A stretch of 64,000 nucleotides of DNA from Bacteroidales bacterium (GCA_017544265.1 JAFYEM010000023.1:188-64187); one strand, 5' to 3'; positions 47,823 to 58,487 are shown, numbered from the stretch's first letter. A program made the numbers and translations. Notes: generated by a model not told the origin, from the sequence alone.

Positions 47823-48169
47823 GCTTCAATGCCGCAGAGGGCGGAGCGCACGGCCTTCTCGATTTCCCCGAATGGCAGCAGCTCGCGCTCTGTGTAGATG
47901 AAAAGAATGTCCGTCGGAGTGCTCAGAAGGGCTTTGTTGAGCCTGTAGGCCTCCCGGATGCGCCGTTTCAGGAGATTCCGCTTTACTGCCCGCTTGAAAT
48001 TGCGCTTTGGCACGGAAACCAGTATCCGGGACATCCCTGACGGGGAGGGAAGCACCGCGAATCTCAGGCAGCCAGCACTGTGATAGACACCACACCTGAC
48101 CAGACGGGCAATGTCGGTCCTGCTGCATACTTTTTCCGCTTTGGAAAGGGTATGGCGCAAATCAGGCAT
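47819..48169 (-). CDS. rnpA: Ribonuclease P protein component
   Basis: [29 protein letters not shown] (RNR motif), adjacent to yidD. Confidence 0.93.
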   Translation of the reverse strand: MPDLRHTLSKAEKVCSRTDIARLVRCGVYHSAGCLRFAVLPSPSGMSRILVSVPKRNFKRAVKRNLLKRRIREAYRLNKALLSTPTDILFIYTERELLPFGEIEKAVRSALCGIEA

Positions 48170-48905
48170 TCTCCTTGAGGTAGGATTCGATGGCCTTTGC
48201 TACTGAAGGAATTTCCGGAGTGGGGGCTTTCACGGCAATCTCGATGCCGGCTTCTTCCATGGCCTTGACGCTGGATTTTCCGAAAGATATGAATTTGATG
48301 TCACCCTGCTTGAAATCAGGGAAGTTGTCCTGGAGGGAACGTACGTCGGAAGAGTGATAGAAGACAATCATGTCGTAGTCTCCGAGATTCACCCCGGTGA
48401 GGTCGCGGCTGACGGATTTCACTATTTCAGCAACCGTGCAGTCAAGTTTCTTCTCTTTAAGGAGCCCGGAAAGAGTCTCCACCGAACTTGCGTCCGAGGT
48501 GGTCAGAAGGAATTTCTCCCCCTTGTGCTTGGGGCCTATCAGGGCGACTATGCTGTCCGGAGTGCCGGTGCCGTAGAAAATCTTGCGTTTGCGATAGACT
48601 ATATGTTTCTGAAGATACATGGCGACAGCTTCCGTGGAGCAGAAATACTTCATGGTCTCGGGAATCTTGACCCTCATTTCTTCAGCAAGATGGAAAAATG
48701 CGTCTATGCAGTGGCGCGAAGAAAATATTATTGCCGTGTAGTCGGCAAGGTTGACCCTCTGGGTGCGGAACTCCCTGGAAGAGAGAGGCTCGATAGTGAA
48801 GAACGGATTGAAATCGAACTCCACGCCGAATTTTTCCGTAAGGCTCTGATAGGGGGACATCAGCCTTGGGGCATTCTGGGAAATAAGTATTTTTTTAATA
48901 GGCAT
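48162..48905 (-). CDS. hemD: Uroporphyrinogen-III synthase-like protein (Bacteroidetes type)
   Basis: MPIKKILISQ, YLQKHIVYRKRKIF; typical position upstream of rnpA in Bacteroidetes. Confidence 0.75.
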   Translation of the reverse strand: MPIKKILISQNAPRLMSPYQSLTEKFGVEFDFNPFFTIEPLSSREFRTQRVNLADYTAIIFSSRHCIDAFFHLAEEMRVKIPETMKYFCSTEAVAMYLQKHIVYRKRKIFYGTGTPDSIVALIGPKHKGEKFLLTTSDASSVETLSGLLKEKKLDCTVAEIVKSVSRDLTGVNLGDYDMIVFYHSSDVRSLQDNFPDFKQGDIKFISFGKSSVKAMEEAGIEIAVKAPTPEIPSVAKAIESYLKENA

Positions 48906-48908
48906 AGT

Positions 48909-49532
48909 CTAAAAAATCATCGAAGTTGCCACCAAAATCGCAGTTGGCAGCAATTCGAGCCCGCAAAGGTACAAAAAAGTTGTCAAAGAAGCACAACTCT
49001 GTGAAATAATTTGTCCTCTTCGCAGAAGCAAAAGCAGATAGACTATGATTAATTCTATTTTGATTATCAGGGAAATAAGCTTGTCCGGGGCCCCGAAAAC
49101 GGCAAGAAGGCCAGTAGAAGGCAGAATCAGCGTCGCCGCCAGCACAAGGAAGGTATAGGGAAGCCTGGATGCGTAGGTCCATGAGTCCGAACTTCTCCGC
49201 GGGCGCAGCACGAGTTCCAAAAATTCCCGCAGCAGCAGATAGACGACTATGGCGGCGGAGGTGAGGCCTATCGCCCCGTCGGCGGAAAAATTTTCGAGAA
49301 AATCAGGATTCCACAGTCTGTAGCGCCAGCACAGAAGCACCGTCGCAGGAAGCAGCGACAGTGCGAGAAAATTGCGGTCCCGGCTCATCCGTACGCTGCC
49401 TTCTATCGTGGAAGCGGCCCTCGGAGTCACGATGTGCCGCATCAGCTCGGGGAGCATACGGACGTAGGTTCCCGTGAGAATCAGGGCCAGAATAGTCGCG
49501 ACTATGGCCAGGATATGAAAAGTGACGCTCAA
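48909..49532 (-). CDS. DUF4271-like membrane protein
   Basis: Multiple TM segments, C-terminal FLYLCGLELLP, located next to the hemD-like gene. Confidence 0.7.
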   Translation of the reverse strand: MSVTFHILAIVATILALILTGTYVRMLPELMRHIVTPRAASTIEGSVRMSRDRNFLALSLLPATVLLCWRYRLWNPDFLENFSADGAIGLTSAAIVVYLLLREFLELVLRPRRSSDSWTYASRLPYTFLVLAATLILPSTGLLAVFGAPDKLISLIIKIELIIVYLLLLLRRGQIISQSCASLTTFLYLCGLELLPTAILVATSMIF

Positions 49533-49870
49533 TTTCCGCGCTTGGATTTATATCCGAGTTCCTGGAGAATTGCGACGACCTTGTCCCGGAAGTCGCCCTG
49601 GATGGTGATATCTCCGTCTTTCGCGCTGCCGCCGACGCCCAGTCTGGTCTTGAGCTTGCGGCACAGTTCCTTCGCGTCGTCCTGGTTTCCGACGAAGCCG
49701 CTCACCAGGGTAACCTGCTTTCCGCCCCTGTTGCGGCGGTCAATTCCGACGATAAGCCGCTGGCGCTCCGGGGGAAGCGTTTCGGCCCCGGTTTCGGCCG
49801 CCGTCTGATATTGAAAGTCCGGATTGGTGGAATACACCACGCCCAGACGGGATTTCCAGTCGTTTTCCAT
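49529..49870 (-). CDS. SUI1/YciH translation initiation factor
   Basis: VVYSTNPDF, RGGKQVTLV, LGVGGSAKDG, IQGD. Confidence 0.92.
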   Translation of the reverse strand: MENDWKSRLGVVYSTNPDFQYQTAAETGAETLPPERQRLIVGIDRRNRGGKQVTLVSGFVGNQDDAKELCRKLKTRLGVGGSAKDGDITIQGDFRDKVVAILQELGYKSKRGN

Positions 49871-49871
49871 C

Positions 49872-51659
49872 TCAATCTAATTTGAGTACAGCCATGAACG
49901 CGCTCTGGGGGACCTGGACGGTACCTATCTGGCGCATACGCTTCTTGCCTTCCTTCTGCTTTTCAAGCAGTTTTCGCTTGCGGGTGACATCGCCGCCGTA
50001 GCATTTGGCGGTGACGTCCTTACGCACCTGGCGGACAGTTTCACGGGCGATGATCTTGGCGCCGATAGCCGCCTGGATTGCAATGTCGAACTGCTGGCGG
50101 GGAATCAGGTCCTTAAGTTTCAGGCATATCTTGCGTCCGAACTCATAGGCGTGATCCTCGTGAATCAGAGTTGAAAGCGCGTCCGCAGGGTCTCCGTTCA
50201 GCAGTATGTCCAGTTTCACGAGCCTCGCGGGCCGGAATCCGGTGATATGGTAATCGAAGGAGGCGTAGCCCTTGGATATGGATTTGAGCCGGTCATAGAA
50301 GTCGAACACGACCTCAGAGAGCGGCATGTCGTAGGTCAGTTCCACCCGGTCGGTGGTTATGTAGTGCTGTCCGACAAGGGTTCCCCTCTTGTCCATGCAC
50401 AGCTTCATTATAGGCCCGTAGAAGTCCGATTTGGAGATAATCTGGGCGCGTATATACGGTTCTTCGATATGGTCTATCACGCTGGGGGAAGGAAGGCCTG
50501 ACGGATTGTGGACGTCTATGACCTCGCCCTTGGTGGTAAAGACCTTGTAGGTTACGTTCGGCACCGTGGTGATTACGTCCATGTTGAACTCGCGGAAAAG
50601 CCGCTCCTGGACTATTTCGAGGTGCAGCAGCCCAAGGAAACCGCAGCGGAAGCCGAAGCCCAGCGCCAGCGAGCTTTCGGGCTCATAGACGAATGAGGCG
50701 TCGTTCAGCTGGAATTTTTCGAGTGTGGCGCGCAGTTCTTCGAATTTGGATGCGTCCACCGGGTAAAGACCCGCGAAAACCATGGGCTTGACCTCTTCGA
50801 AGCCGGCTATTGCCTCCCGGCAGGGCTCTTCCACGTGGGTTATGGTGTCTCCGACCTTGACCTCCACCGCGGCCTTGATTCCGGAGATAATGTAGCCGAC
50901 GTCGCCTGTCTGCACCTCTCCGGTGGGGTTCAGCTTGAGCTTGAGGGAGCCGATTTCCTCGGCTTCGTACTCCTTTCCGGTGGCGAAGAATTTGACCTTG
51001 TCCCCGGTCCGGATGGAGCCGTTGACAACTTTGAAGTAGGCGATGATTCCCCTGAAGGAATTGAAAACCGAATCGAAAATAAGGGCCTGGAGTGGAGCCT
51101 CGGGGTCACCCTTCGGCGAAGGAATCTTGTCCACGATAGCGTCCAGCACGGCCTGGACACCTTCTCCGGTGCGGGCCGATACCTTATAGACGTCTTCGCA
51201 TTCGCAGCCGAGAAGGTCGCAGACCTGGTCCGTCACGAGTTCCACCTGGGCGGATTCCATGTCTATCTTGTTCAGCACAGGGATAATCTCAAGACCGTGG
51301 TCCACGGCCTGGTAGAGATTGGATATGGTCTGGGCCTGGATGCCCTGCGATGCGTCCACCACCAGCAGCGCGCCTTCGCAGGAAGCGATGCTGCGGGACA
51401 CTTCATAACTGAAGTCAACGTGCCCGGGAGTGTCTATAAGGTTGAGCCGGTAGAGCTCTCCGCCGCGGCGGTATTCCATCTGGATGGCGTGGCTTTTTAT
51501 GGTAATGCCCTTCTCCCTTTCCAGGTCCATGTCGTCCAGCACCTGATTCTCCATTTCGCGGTCCGAAACGGTTCGGGTGAGTTCCAGAAGCCTGTCGGCA
51601 AGGGTACTCTTGCCGTGGTCTATATGGGCGATTATAGAGAAATTCCGGATGTTTTTCAT
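49872..51659 (-). CDS. lepA: Elongation factor 4
   Basis: [59 protein letters not shown]. Confidence 0.98.
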   Translation of the reverse strand: MKNIRNFSIIAHIDHGKSTLADRLLELTRTVSDREMENQVLDDMDLEREKGITIKSHAIQMEYRRGGELYRLNLIDTPGHVDFSYEVSRSIASCEGALLVVDASQGIQAQTISNLYQAVDHGLEIIPVLNKIDMESAQVELVTDQVCDLLGCECEDVYKVSARTGEGVQAVLDAIVDKIPSPKGDPEAPLQALIFDSVFNSFRGIIAYFKVVNGSIRTGDKVKFFATGKEYEAEEIGSLKLKLNPTGEVQTGDVGYIISGIKAAVEVKVGDTITHVEEPCREAIAGFEEVKPMVFAGLYPVDASKFEELRATLEKFQLNDASFVYEPESSLALGFGFRCGFLGLLHLEIVQERLFREFNMDVITTVPNVTYKVFTTKGEVIDVHNPSGLPSPSVIDHIEEPYIRAQIISKSDFYGPIMKLCMDKRGTLVGQHYITTDRVELTYDMPLSEVVFDFYDRLKSISKGYASFDYHITGFRPARLVKLDILLNGDPADALSTLIHEDHAYEFGRKICLKLKDLIPRQQFDIAIQAAIGAKIIARETVRQVRKDVTAKCYGGDVTRKRKLLEKQKEGKKRMRQIGTVQVPQSAFMAVLKLD

Positions 51660-52309
51660 AGGAATAAACCGTCTTTCATTGTTTCGGTGCGGTCGCAGAG
51701 TCCCGCGAGGGAACTGTCGTGGGTGACGATCACGAAGGTCTGCCCTCTCTTTTCCCGGAGTGAAAATATCAGGCTGTGTATGTCTTCCTTGGTATGGCTG
51801 TCCAGGTTGCCGGTGGGTTCGTCCGCGAAGACAATCGCAGGATTCCCGACGAGCGAGCGGGCGATTGCCACCCTCTGCTGCTCTCCGCCGGAAAGTTCTG
51901 AGGGCTTGTGCTCCATGCGCCCTTCAAGCCCGACTTCCCGGAGAAGGCCCGCGGCCTCTTCCCTGGCCTCGGAAGCCCCTCTTGACGCTATCAGCGAGGG
52001 AATCATTACGTTTTCGAGGGCAGTGAATTCCGGAAGCAGGTGGTGGGCCTGGAAGACAAAGCCGATTTTCAGGCTGCGGAAAGAGGCAAGTTCCTTTTCT
52101 TTCATCGAGCTGACCTCTTTCCCGTCTATGACGACGCTGCCGGCGTCTGCACTCATAAGCGTTCCGAGAATCTGCAGAAGCGTCGATTTGCCAGCGCCGG
52201 AGGCACCCATTATAGACACGACTTCGCCTTTGTCTGCATGAAAATCAACTCCCCGGAGCACTTCCAGAGAGCCGAAACTCTTGCGTATTCCACTGGCCTC
52301 GAGTATCAT
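51656..52309 (-). CDS. lolD: ABC ATPase, LolD-like
   Basis: [49 protein letters not shown]. Confidence 0.82.
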   Translation of the reverse strand: MILEASGIRKSFGSLEVLRGVDFHADKGEVVSIMGASGAGKSTLLQILGTLMSADAGSVVIDGKEVSSMKEKELASFRSLKIGFVFQAHHLLPEFTALENVMIPSLIASRGASEAREEAAGLLREVGLEGRMEHKPSELSGGEQQRVAIARSLVGNPAIVFADEPTGNLDSHTKEDIHSLIFSLREKRGQTFVIVTHDSSLAGLCDRTETMKDGLFL

Positions 52310-53584
52310 CTACAGCGATTTTAGCAGTTCCACGGCCCTGGGGATGTCTTCTTCGGAGAGGACCATGGATATGGACAGTTCCTCGCCGCCCTGCGCAGAT
52401 GCGATGATGCTTATGCCGGCGTTGCCGAGGGTGTCGTAGATTCGTGCCGATACGCCGGGGACGTTTTTCATCCTGTCGCCGAATACGGTCACGGTGCCGG
52501 CCTTCCTGTTCTGCACCAGCACATCGTCCATCGGAAGCAGGGGATTGCCCTCGAAAAGGCCTTTCAGGCCGCCCAGGGCCTTGTCCGTGTCTTCGTCGCG
52601 TACCGCGAAACTGATGCTGTATTCAGATGATGTCTGGGAAATGAAGCGTATGTTCACTCCGAGTCCGGAAAGGCGGGAGAAAATGGCCGAGGACATGCCT
52701 ATCTGGCCGGGCAGGCCGGTGCCATAGACAGTGATTAGGCTGAGCGAGGAGTCTGAAATGACTCCGGTGAACAGTTTGCCGCGGTCCGGGCCCTTCTGGT
52801 CGCTGACCCTGGTCCCCTCAAAGGCCGGGTTATGGATGTTCTTGATAATTACCGGTATGTTCGCGGTCCTCAGGGGCCAGAGGGCGGTGGGGGAGATAGC
52901 CGAGGCGTTGTCCGCGCAGAAATGCGCCATCTCGTCATAGGTGATCGCTTCCAGTCCCTGGACTCCGTCCGCTTCGACGAAACTCTCCAGTTTCTCGGCG
53001 CCGAGTGCGGCAGCTATGAGAGAGGCCATAAGGTGGGCTCCGCCGCGTCCCAGACGAACCACGTATCCGGTTTTCAGGCGGCCGTATCCGCCGGGCACGA
53101 CAGTTCTCGTGACGCCTTTTAGACGGAGGATTATCTGTTCGCGGGAAAGGTTCCATTCCACGGCGGGAATTCCGTTCTCCTCGCGGCATATCAGCAGTTC
53201 AGTGCCGTCCACCACATTTGCGCCTATGGAGTCTGCAACGGCCTCCGAGAGGGCTCGGGCGCATTTTGCGAGCACATAGTCCTCCACAGCGCTGACATCC
53301 GAAAGGACGTACATCGCCTGGCTCAGATAAGATGCCACGTCGGAAATGATCCTGGCGGATTTTTCCCTGTAGTCCGGGTCGTCGGAAAGGGATTCGAAAT
53401 ATGCATTTATGGCTTTGAACTCTTCCGTGGCTGGCTTCTTCCCGATGATGGTACGGCTTACGGCCTGTCTGAAAAGGTTTTCGACCGGCTTTTCAGGACG
53501 GATTACCGCTATGCAGTTCTCGGTGCAGAGGCTTTTGACCTGCCTGATGTTGTCTTGTCTGAGACGGAAGGAACGGACAATCAT
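52310..53584 (-). CDS. Aspartokinase-like protein with two ACT domains and degenerate kinase motifs
   Basis: ACT domains are intact (LITVYG.G..G..G.SSAIF..L...GVNIRFISQTSSEYSISF). The kinase domain keeps only LGRGG; KFGG, SD and TDVDG are not preserved. Likely start MIVRSF at 53584. Confidence 0.75.
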   Translation of the reverse strand: MIVRSFRLRQDNIRQVKSLCTENCIAVIRPEKPVENLFRQAVSRTIIGKKPATEEFKAINAYFESLSDDPDYREKSARIISDVASYLSQAMYVLSDVSAVEDYVLAKCARALSEAVADSIGANVVDGTELLICREENGIPAVEWNLSREQIILRLKGVTRTVVPGGYGRLKTGYVVRLGRGGAHLMASLIAAALGAEKLESFVEADGVQGLEAITYDEMAHFCADNASAISPTALWPLRTANIPVIIKNIHNPAFEGTRVSDQKGPDRGKLFTGVISDSSLSLITVYGTGLPGQIGMSSAIFSRLSGLGVNIRFISQTSSEYSISFAVRDEDTDKALGGLKGLFEGNPLLPMDDVLVQNRKAGTVTVFGDRMKNVPGVSARIYDTLGNAGISIIASAQGGEELSISMVLSEEDIPRAVELLKSL

Positions 53585-53602
53585 AATTGAAATAAATTTC
53601 AG

Positions 53603-53631
53603 CAAATATAACTAAATATTTCATATCTTTG
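53603..53631. promoter_or_regulatory. Back-to-back -7 boxes for the aspartokinase-like gene (53603-53610, -) and ftsY (53624-53631, +)
   Basis: TATATTTG on - and TATCTTTG on +. Confidence 0.55.
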
Positions 53632-53651
53632 CATGATAATAACGCATCGCA

Positions 53652-54578
53652 ATGGGTATTTTCGACAAAGGTGTTAAAAAAACCAATCTGAATTTCTTCC
53701 AGAAACTCGGCCGGGCGATTGTGGGCCGCACCAAGATAGACGATGACGTGCTGGATGCCCTGGAGGAGGCGCTTATTGGCTCGGATATGGGTGTGGACAC
53801 CACCCTGAAGGTGCTGGACAATATCCAGGACAGGGTCGAGAAGGACCGCTACGTGTCTATGGACGAACTGGTCGATATCATCCGCGATGAAATAAGCCGG
53901 CTGCTCGGGCCTGAAAATGACGCTCCGGTGTTCGACTTCTCGCACAAGCCGCTGGTGATGCTGGTGGTGGGAGTGAACGGGGTCGGAAAGACCACCACCA
54001 TCGGCAAGATCGCCTCCATGCTGCGCTCCATGGGCAAGAAGGTCGTCATCGGCGCGGCGGATACTTTCCGGGCCGCCGCCGTGGATCAGCTCGTTATATG
54101 GGCGGAGCGCGCCGGGGCGGAGATTGTCAAGCAGCCCATGGGCTCGGACCCTGCAGCCGTCGCGTTCGACACGGTCTCTTCCGCCGTCGCGAAGGGGGCT
54201 GACGTCGTTCTTATAGACACTGCCGGGCGGCTCCACAACCGGGTGGATCTTATGAACGAGCTCACGAAAATCCGCAATGTGATACGCCGGGTGGTTCCGG
54301 ACGGCCCCCACGAGGTGCTGCTGGTGCTGGATTCCACTACCGGCCAGAATGCTTTCGTGCAGGCCCGCGAGTTCTCCCGCGCCACGTCTGTGACCTCCCT
54401 TGCGGTCACCAAGCTGGACGGAAGCGCCAAGGGCGGCGTGGTGGTGGGTATTGCGGACCAGTTCCAGATTCCCATCAAATTCATAGGAATAGGGGAGGGC
54501 GTGGATGACCTGAAGGTCTTTGACAAGGCCTCGTTCGCGGATTCCCTCTTCTCCAAGGAAGATTTAACGAAAAACTAG
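53652..54578 (+). CDS. ftsY: Signal recognition particle receptor FtsY (short form)
   Basis: GVNGVGKTTTIGK, DTFRAAA, DTAGRL, TKLDGSAKGG. Confidence 0.97.
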   Translation: MGIFDKGVKKTNLNFFQKLGRAIVGRTKIDDDVLDALEEALIGSDMGVDTTLKVLDNIQDRVEKDRYVSMDELVDIIRDEISRLLGPENDAPVFDFSHKPLVMLVVGVNGVGKTTTIGKIASMLRSMGKKVVIGAADTFRAAAVDQLVIWAERAGAEIVKQPMGSDPAAVAFDTVSSAVAKGADVVLIDTAGRLHNRVDLMNELTKIRNVIRRVVPDGPHEVLLVLDSTTGQNAFVQAREFSRATSVTSLAVTKLDGSAKGGVVVGIADQFQIPIKFIGIGEGVDDLKVFDKASFADSLFSKEDLTKN

Positions 54579-54580
54579 AT

Positions 54581-57022
54581 ATGAAACTTTCTTACAATTG
54601 GTTAAAGGATTATCTCAAGTGTGACCTGACTCCTTCCCAGGTAGCGGAGGCAATGACTTCAATCGGTATCGAGGTGGACTCTGTGGAAACCGTGGAGCAG
54701 ATTCCCGGCGGACTTGCAGGAGTGGTGGTGGCAGAGGTGCTGACCTGCATCCCCCATCCGGATTCGGACCATCTCCATATCACGACTGTCAATGACGGTA
54801 CCCCCGAGCCGCTTACCGTGGTCTGCGGCGCCCCCAATGTCGCGGCGGGGCAGAAAGTGCTCTTCGCCCGCATAGGCACGGTACTTCCGGGAGATTTCAA
54901 GATAAAGAAATCCAAAATCCGCGGAGTGGAGTCCTTCGGAATGATATGCGCAGAGGATGAACTCGGAATCGGTTCTTCCCACGAAGGTATAATGGTGCTG
55001 CCCGGGGAGGCTGTTGTCGGTACTCCGGCGAAAGAATATCTCGGCCTCGGCGAAGAAGCAGTTATCGAATATGAGATTACCGCCAACCGTATTGACGCTT
55101 CGTCGCATATCGGCGTCGCCCGCGACCTGTATGCCTATCTGCGCAGCCGCGACCTGCCCGCCAGGCTCGAGATTCCCTCAGTCAGCTCTTTCTGCGAAGG
55201 TCCGGGGGAAAGCATCCCGGTGGAACTTGCCGCACCGGACGGCGCCCCGCATTACACCGGCATCACCATCCGCGGGGTGAAAGTCGCGCCCTCACCGTCA
55301 TGGCTGCAGGAAAAACTGCTTTCAATAGGCCTCAGGCCGATAAACAATATAGTCGATATCTCCAACTTCGTGCTTTTTGAAATCGGCGCTCCGCTGCATA
55401 CTTTCGACGCGGACAAGATACGCGGCGGCCGAGTCATCGTTCGCCGTGCGGCCGAGGGCGAGAAGATAGTCACTCTGGACGGACTCACCCGCACTCTTTG
55501 CGACCGCGATATGGTCATTGCCGATGCCGAAGGACCCATGTGCCTTGCCGGTGTGTTCGGCGGAGAGGACTCCGGGGTGACGGACAGCACCGTCAACGTC
55601 TTCATCGAGTCCGCGTGGTTCGATCCGGCGTCTATCCGCCGTACCGCCAAGAAAGAGCAGCTCTCCACCGACGCTTCCTTCCGCTTCGAGCGCGGTGCGG
55701 ACCCGGGCGCTGTCTATTATGCCGGACGTCGCGCCGCCCTGCTGATTCAGGAAATCGCCGGCGGCGAGGTCGTCGGAAAGGTACGCGACGAGTGCGGAAA
55801 GCCCTATGCCAAGGCGCTGATAGACATAGATTTCGACAGGATAGAGCGTTTCGCCGGCAAGAAGCTCGGCCACGCCACCATAAACAAAATACTGGACGCG
55901 CTGGATTATGAGGTTCTCGACCGCGACGGGTCCAAGGCGCTGGTCTCTCCTCCCTCATACATGGTCGATGTGTACCGCGAGTGCGACGTCGTGGAGGAAA
56001 TCCTGCGTATCTACGGTTACGACAACATAGAACTCCCTTCCCGCATAAGGATGTCGGTCTCGTCTCCCGATACTCCTGAACCGGAGGCCCTGCGCAATGC
56101 GATTTCCAATTTCTTCGCGTCGCTGGGATTCAACGAGACCATGAACAACTCACTTACCAAAGGGGCTTATTACGACGCTCTGCAGACCTTCCCGGCCGAA
56201 CGCTGCGTCCGCATAGTCAATCCGCTTTCCACGGATTTGAATGTGCTCCGCCAGACTCTGATACTGAGCGGGCTGGAGGTGGTCGCCTACAATGCCAACC
56301 GTCAGGCCGGGTATCTGAGGACTTTCGAGTATGGATCTGTCTATCAGAGGCTTCCGGAAAAAGGCGGAGAGACTTTGGAGGGATATGAAGAGCATCAGTG
56401 CTTCTGCCTCATGCTTTCCGGAGCCCCGGAGAAAGTCTGGAGGGCACCTGCGGCAAAGAGTAATTTCTTCGAGCTCAAGGGCTATGTGGAGCTGCTTCTG
56501 AGGCGTTACCGCATAGACCCGGCTATGCTCGTTGCGGATGCCGCTCCTTCCGACATTTTCTCCGAAGGCGTCGTCTGGAGCCTTCCCGGCTCGGGGAAGC
56601 AGCTTGTCTGTTTCGGCACCGTGAACCAGAAACTCTGCCGTTCTTTCGGCGTAAAGCAGCCTGTGTTCGCGGCTGAGATTTCCTGGCAGGTGCTGCTGGA
56701 GCTTATCCGCAGGGATAAGTTCTCCTTCAGGGAACTACCGCGCTTCCCTGAGGTAAGGCGCGATCTGGCTCTGCTGCTGGACGAGGCGGTCGCTTATTCT
56801 GACCTTCGCCGCGCCAGTTTCAAGGCCGCGAAGAAACTTCTCCGGAGCGTTTCCCTCTTCGACGTTTACCGCGGCGACAAGATTCCCGCGGGAAAGAAGC
56901 AGTATGCACTCAATTTCGTGCTTCAGGACACTGAACGTACACTTACCGACGCTGATGTGGAGGGTGCCATGACAAAGATACTCTCTGCACTGCAGAATGA
57001 ATTCGGTGCACAGCTCAGATAA
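54581..57022 (+). CDS. pheT: Phenylalanine-tRNA ligase beta subunit
   Basis: HPDSDHL, VCGAPNV, IRGVESFGMIC, RFERG, RDLAL, YRGDKIPAGKKQYA. Confidence 0.97.
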   Translation: MKLSYNWLKDYLKCDLTPSQVAEAMTSIGIEVDSVETVEQIPGGLAGVVVAEVLTCIPHPDSDHLHITTVNDGTPEPLTVVCGAPNVAAGQKVLFARIGTVLPGDFKIKKSKIRGVESFGMICAEDELGIGSSHEGIMVLPGEAVVGTPAKEYLGLGEEAVIEYEITANRIDASSHIGVARDLYAYLRSRDLPARLEIPSVSSFCEGPGESIPVELAAPDGAPHYTGITIRGVKVAPSPSWLQEKLLSIGLRPINNIVDISNFVLFEIGAPLHTFDADKIRGGRVIVRRAAEGEKIVTLDGLTRTLCDRDMVIADAEGPMCLAGVFGGEDSGVTDSTVNVFIESAWFDPASIRRTAKKEQLSTDASFRFERGADPGAVYYAGRRAALLIQEIAGGEVVGKVRDECGKPYAKALIDIDFDRIERFAGKKLGHATINKILDALDYEVLDRDGSKALVSPPSYMVDVYRECDVVEEILRIYGYDNIELPSRIRMSVSSPDTPEPEALRNAISNFFASLGFNETMNNSLTKGAYYDALQTFPAERCVRIVNPLSTDLNVLRQTLILSGLEVVAYNANRQAGYLRTFEYGSVYQRLPEKGGETLEGYEEHQCFCLMLSGAPEKVWRAPAAKSNFFELKGYVELLLRRYRIDPAMLVADAAPSDIFSEGVVWSLPGSGKQLVCFGTVNQKLCRSFGVKQPVFAAEISWQVLLELIRRDKFSFRELPRFPEVRRDLALLLDEAVAYSDLRRASFKAAKKLLRSVSLFDVYRGDKIPAGKKQYALNFVLQDTERTLTDADVEGAMTKILSALQNEFGAQLR

Positions 57023-57743
57023 TGCGTCTTCGGAAAGCATATCTTCTGATTGCCATCCTGGCGCTTCTGCTGCCGGGCTGCAGGCGTCATGCGAAGATGA
57101 TTTCGCGTTCAGATATGATTTCCATTTATTCGGAGATGCTGCTGGTGGACCAGGCGATACGGGAAGACCGTTCTCTGAAGAAAAGCGCCGACACTTCGCT
57201 GGTTTACGAGCCGATTTTCGAAAAATATGGCTACAATACCGACGATTACCTGTACAGCGTGTCTGTCTATATGAAGAGCCCGGACAAGTATTCCAAACTG
57301 CTGAAGGCCGTGTCCAGGAATCTGGACGCCGAGAGTGAAAGCTCCAGAAACAGCTGGATTTCCTGGATAAGGTCGAGGGGCTGCGAGGCGTAGAGGGTAT
57401 GTCCATAGACTCGCTGCTGGCGGTTTTCTCTTGTGATTCGCTCTATATAGGCCGTCCGGAAATAGTGGTGGACCGCTTCTTCCAGTTCTCCTTCAGGGAC
57501 AGGGATTCGCTGCCTCCCGGCTGCGCTGCTGCACTGCTCCGGGATTCGCTGGAGGCCCGGATGAGGGATTCGCTGCTAGCGGCTGACATGGTGCGTGATT
57601 CGCTGGCGGCGGCTGTCGCTGATTCATTGCGGATGGCGGCTGATTCGGCTTCAGTATCGGCTGATTCGGCTTCAGTATCGGCTGATTCGGCTTCAGTATC
57701 GGTGGCGGATTCGCTGCTGATGGAAAAAACAGATTCGTTATGA
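57022..57743 (+). pseudogene. DUF4296-like lipoprotein split by a 1-bp frameshift near 57338-57341
   Basis: ORF 57022..57393 (lipobox LPGC, ...YEPIFEKYGY..DDYLYS..YM..PDKY) continues in the -1 frame as KLQKQLDFLDKVEGLRGVEG into ORF 57399..57743. Confidence 0.68.
57639..57701 (+). repeat. Coding tandem repeat, 3 x 21 bp (ADSASVS)
   Basis: gctgattcggcttcagtatcg, three perfect copies. Confidence 0.95.
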
Positions 57744-58486
57744 TGCGGGAGGATACAGTTTTCGGGCCGATATTTTCGCGTCGTCTCGGCAGTTCGCTGG
57801 GCATCAACCTGCTTCCCAGGAATGGCAAACTGTGCAACTTCGACTGCATCTACTGCGAATGTGGCTGGAATGCGGATGGCCGCGGGGATACGGCGCTTCC
57901 GACTGCTTCCGACGTGCAATGCGCGCTTCGCGAAAAACTCGCCTCCTGCCGCGATGGGGGCGTCCAGATAGATTCCATTACTTTCAGCGGAGACGGCGAA
58001 CCGACTCTGAATCCGCAGTTTCCCGAGATTATAGACCTTACTCTTTCGCTTCGCGACGAGTTTTATCCCGATGCGAAGGTTTCGGTCCTTTCCAATGCCA
58101 CTGCTCTCGGCCGCAACGGCGTTTTCGAGGCTCTTCGCAAGGTGGACAATCCCATTATGAAGCTTGACGCTGCTACGGACGAGGATGTGCGCCGCATAAA
58201 CCGCCCGTCCGGGCACTATCGCGTTGAGGAAGTGGTCCGTTCGCTGGAGCGTTTCGAAGGGGATTTCATACTCCAGACCATGTTCCTGCAGGCTCCTGAC
58301 TGGAATTCCTCTTCAATGGTGGAGAGGTGGATGGACATAGTCCGCCGGCTCCGCCCCAGGGAGATAATGGTCTATACGATAGCCCGCGAGACTCCGATGG
58401 CAGGGCTTCTGAAATACAGCCCTGAGGAGATGCGCGCGCTTGTGCAGCCCCTTATAGATGAAGGATTCAATATTCAAATAAGATAA
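57740..58486 (+). CDS. Radical SAM protein (COG0731/TYW1-like Fe-S oxidoreductase)
   Basis: FGPIFSRRLGSSLG, CNFDCIYC (CxxxCxxC), FSGDGEPTL. Confidence 0.88.
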   Translation: MMREDTVFGPIFSRRLGSSLGINLLPRNGKLCNFDCIYCECGWNADGRGDTALPTASDVQCALREKLASCRDGGVQIDSITFSGDGEPTLNPQFPEIIDLTLSLRDEFYPDAKVSVLSNATALGRNGVFEALRKVDNPIMKLDAATDEDVRRINRPSGHYRVEEVVRSLERFEGDFILQTMFLQAPDWNSSSMVERWMDIVRRLRPREIMVYTIARETPMAGLLKYSPEEMRALVQPLIDEGFNIQIR

Positions 58487-58487
58487 T

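Noticed and set aside
48337-48346. GAACGTACGT as an additional Mpi target site
   Set aside because: Lies inside the hemD-like CDS, lacks the AAAAC/GTTT arms, and has no nearby inverted partner or promoter.
57331-57345. Programmed -1 ribosomal frameshift in the DUF4296-like gene
   Set aside because: No X_XXY_YYZ slippery heptamer at the site (T GAA AGC); a simple indel is more parsimonious.
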